A DNA stretch of 63,867 nt, the filler included, from Collodictyon triciliatum (taxonomy: Eukaryota), in assembly GCA_043381765.1 (NCBI GenBank). It is 37 parts of 37 records of this genome, joined end to end, with 100 filler letters (N's around TTAATTAATTAA, not from the genome) between each part and the next. Parts side by side here need not be neighbours in the genome. Positions count along the whole stretch, not along the records: positions 62,246 to 63,867 come from JBHJMP010010600.1; 36 more parts are not named here. One strand, given 5' to 3'. The notes under the pieces are model-generated. The model did not search any database, was not told where the DNA came from, and worked only from the letters and a program-made list of their open reading frames with translations. The first letter of the stretch is position 1, and the number at the start of each line of letters is the position of its first letter. The position numbers and the translations under genes are program-made. Below, piece by piece: positions 62,246 through 63,867 of this stretch.

Positions 62246-63867
62246 CCGTTTTCGAGGGCTGCTCCAGTGGGTGCTCCTTGGTCGTTAGCGATGTACAACT
62301 TCCCGTTCGTGGGTATGCTTGCGATGAAGACGGTAACTGGTAGTCCATCTCTTTCATTTGAGCTCACTGTTGTCAAGCGCTGCTGTTGCTCCTGGATTGA
62401 GATAGTTGAAGGACTTGATGTGATTGCAGGCGCGCGTGCAACGTATGTCACGTCAATAGGCACCAACACAATAGCAGCTTCGAGTCCGTTGCTATCAATC
62501 ACAGTGTATTGGAACGTATCTAGGCTATCTCCATAGTCCATGTTGCTATCAAGGAACGGTGGAGCGTAGACTATGGTAATGTCAGTAAGGACCGGGACAG
62601 GCGCTGTTTCGTGTCCGTTGGATATTGGGTTTTCGCCTATGTATAGTGTCCCAATGAACTCGCTTGGGATTGTAAATCGGGCTCTGACTCTATCGTTGAA
62701 ATCAGGGTCCGAAAGTGTAATGACAAACTCAAGAGGTACGTAGCGGTCGGTCCTCAGCGTGGTTGGGGACATTTTACTTACTGGCGCTCTGTTAGTCTGA
62801 CCCACATTAATGGTTACAGACACAGGAACAGAATCTGCTCGTCCGTCATGAGCCGAGTAGGTGAATGTAGCGTACGGGTCACCAAACGAATTCGCTGGGT
62901 TAGAGTAGGACACCACTCTATAAGGGCGTCCGATTTCATCCCAACCGAGGAGGAACGGGACAGTAGTAATTGTTCGCTTGTTAATAGTCAAGGTGCCTCT
63001 GGATGGGAGACTGCGGATAGAGTATGTGATTCTCTCCGCGGGAATGTTTGCATCAGTAGCAAAGAGAGAGATATCTAGGGAGGAGAGTTGATTTTTCCCG
63101 ACAATGAGAGGCCGGGCCACAGGGATGATGTTGACGTAGTTTACGTGAATGCGACAAAATCTTACGTTGAATGCTCCATCTTGGTCGTAAACCCAGACGT
63201 AGATGAAGTCCGAGTCGGAACCAGTGTAGAATTGAAAAGCAGCCGGCGTGTAAGTGAATTGGACACCCGTCGATGGCAGAGGATATCTTACTTCCGGTTC
63301 AATTTCAGAATTCCCCATTTTCATAGATGACCCTTTCTTGACTGGGAGAGTGGTAGCAAAGAACAGAGTATCTCCTACGTCCAAATCATTCCCGTTCACT
63401 GTTATGACCAGCGGGACGTTGAGATTGGTCCACACTGAGGCAGGAATCAAGGCGGTGGGGGCATGGTTCACGTGATTGACGTTAATCGTGAAAGTGTTTT
63501 CGGAAGAGGAGGCTCCGCGGTCATCAGATATCTGAAACAAGAATGTTGCAAAGGGTGCTCCATAGCCGATGAATGGTGGTGTGTACCAGACTTGAATTCC
63601 ATGAGCAAACGTCCTTGGTAAAGTATTGGCTGTAATTGTGGCGCCGGTATTGTCGATAAGAGTGCCAATAGCTGGAACAGACAGGATTGTGAAGAAAAGT
63701 GTCGTAACTACGTTGTCAGGGTCACAATTATTGTGGACGCTCCAAAGTGTGTTCACAATTGAGTTTCTGGAGCTGCTTTCCCAGATGGTCATGGACACAG
63801 GGTAGGAGTTCGGAGCCTGGTTGATAAACTCAACGCTGGTCGTGGCGATATATGAATTCCCAGCAAG
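62246..63867 (-). CDS. Large surface protein with tandem ~100-115-aa cadherin-like/Big_9 (tandem-95-type) Ig-like repeats; open at both ends
   Basis: Repeated N.AP.A...D.D....L.F.I.S.P..GTL...YTP...F.G...F.Y...D pattern; intronless over 1.6 kb. Confidence 0.85.

Overview
This window is not one locus. It is 37 short eukaryotic contigs (about 1.62-1.64 kb each, in roughly descending length) joined by an artificial N44-TTAATTAATTAA-N44 spacer, so adjacency across spacers means nothing. Most contigs break at microsatellites or retrotransposon copies. The host is an intron-rich protist, probably flagellated (CFAP65) and sterol-modifying (CYP710/CYP61-type P450), with a TALE homeobox gene. Other recognisable gene fragments are a GT64/EXTL2-like glycosyltransferase, an APC permease, an anoctamin, SEL1L/Hrd3, Tat-SF1, BRI3-like, an M16C peptidase, an EEP nuclease, a cadherin-like adhesin and several LRR proteins. 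The most interesting signals are: (1) a tandem array of near-identical intron-exon cassettes in which every 69-nt phase-0 exon encodes exactly one 23-aa LRR, a candidate modular and diversifying receptor locus; (2) two related L1/Tx1-type LINE families that leave many insertions flanked by target-site duplications (TSDs), some only 15-60 nt long, including a nested pair, a copy whose tail has become a microsatellite, and an internally deleted copy; (3) a frameshifted Fanzor1 (eukaryotic TnpB-like RNA-guided nuclease); (4) an intronless virus-type PriCT-2/SF3 primase-helicase; and (5) an unexplained ~78-bp tandem repeat array ending in a GC-rich hairpin. All calls come from reading motifs by eye; no database searches were run.
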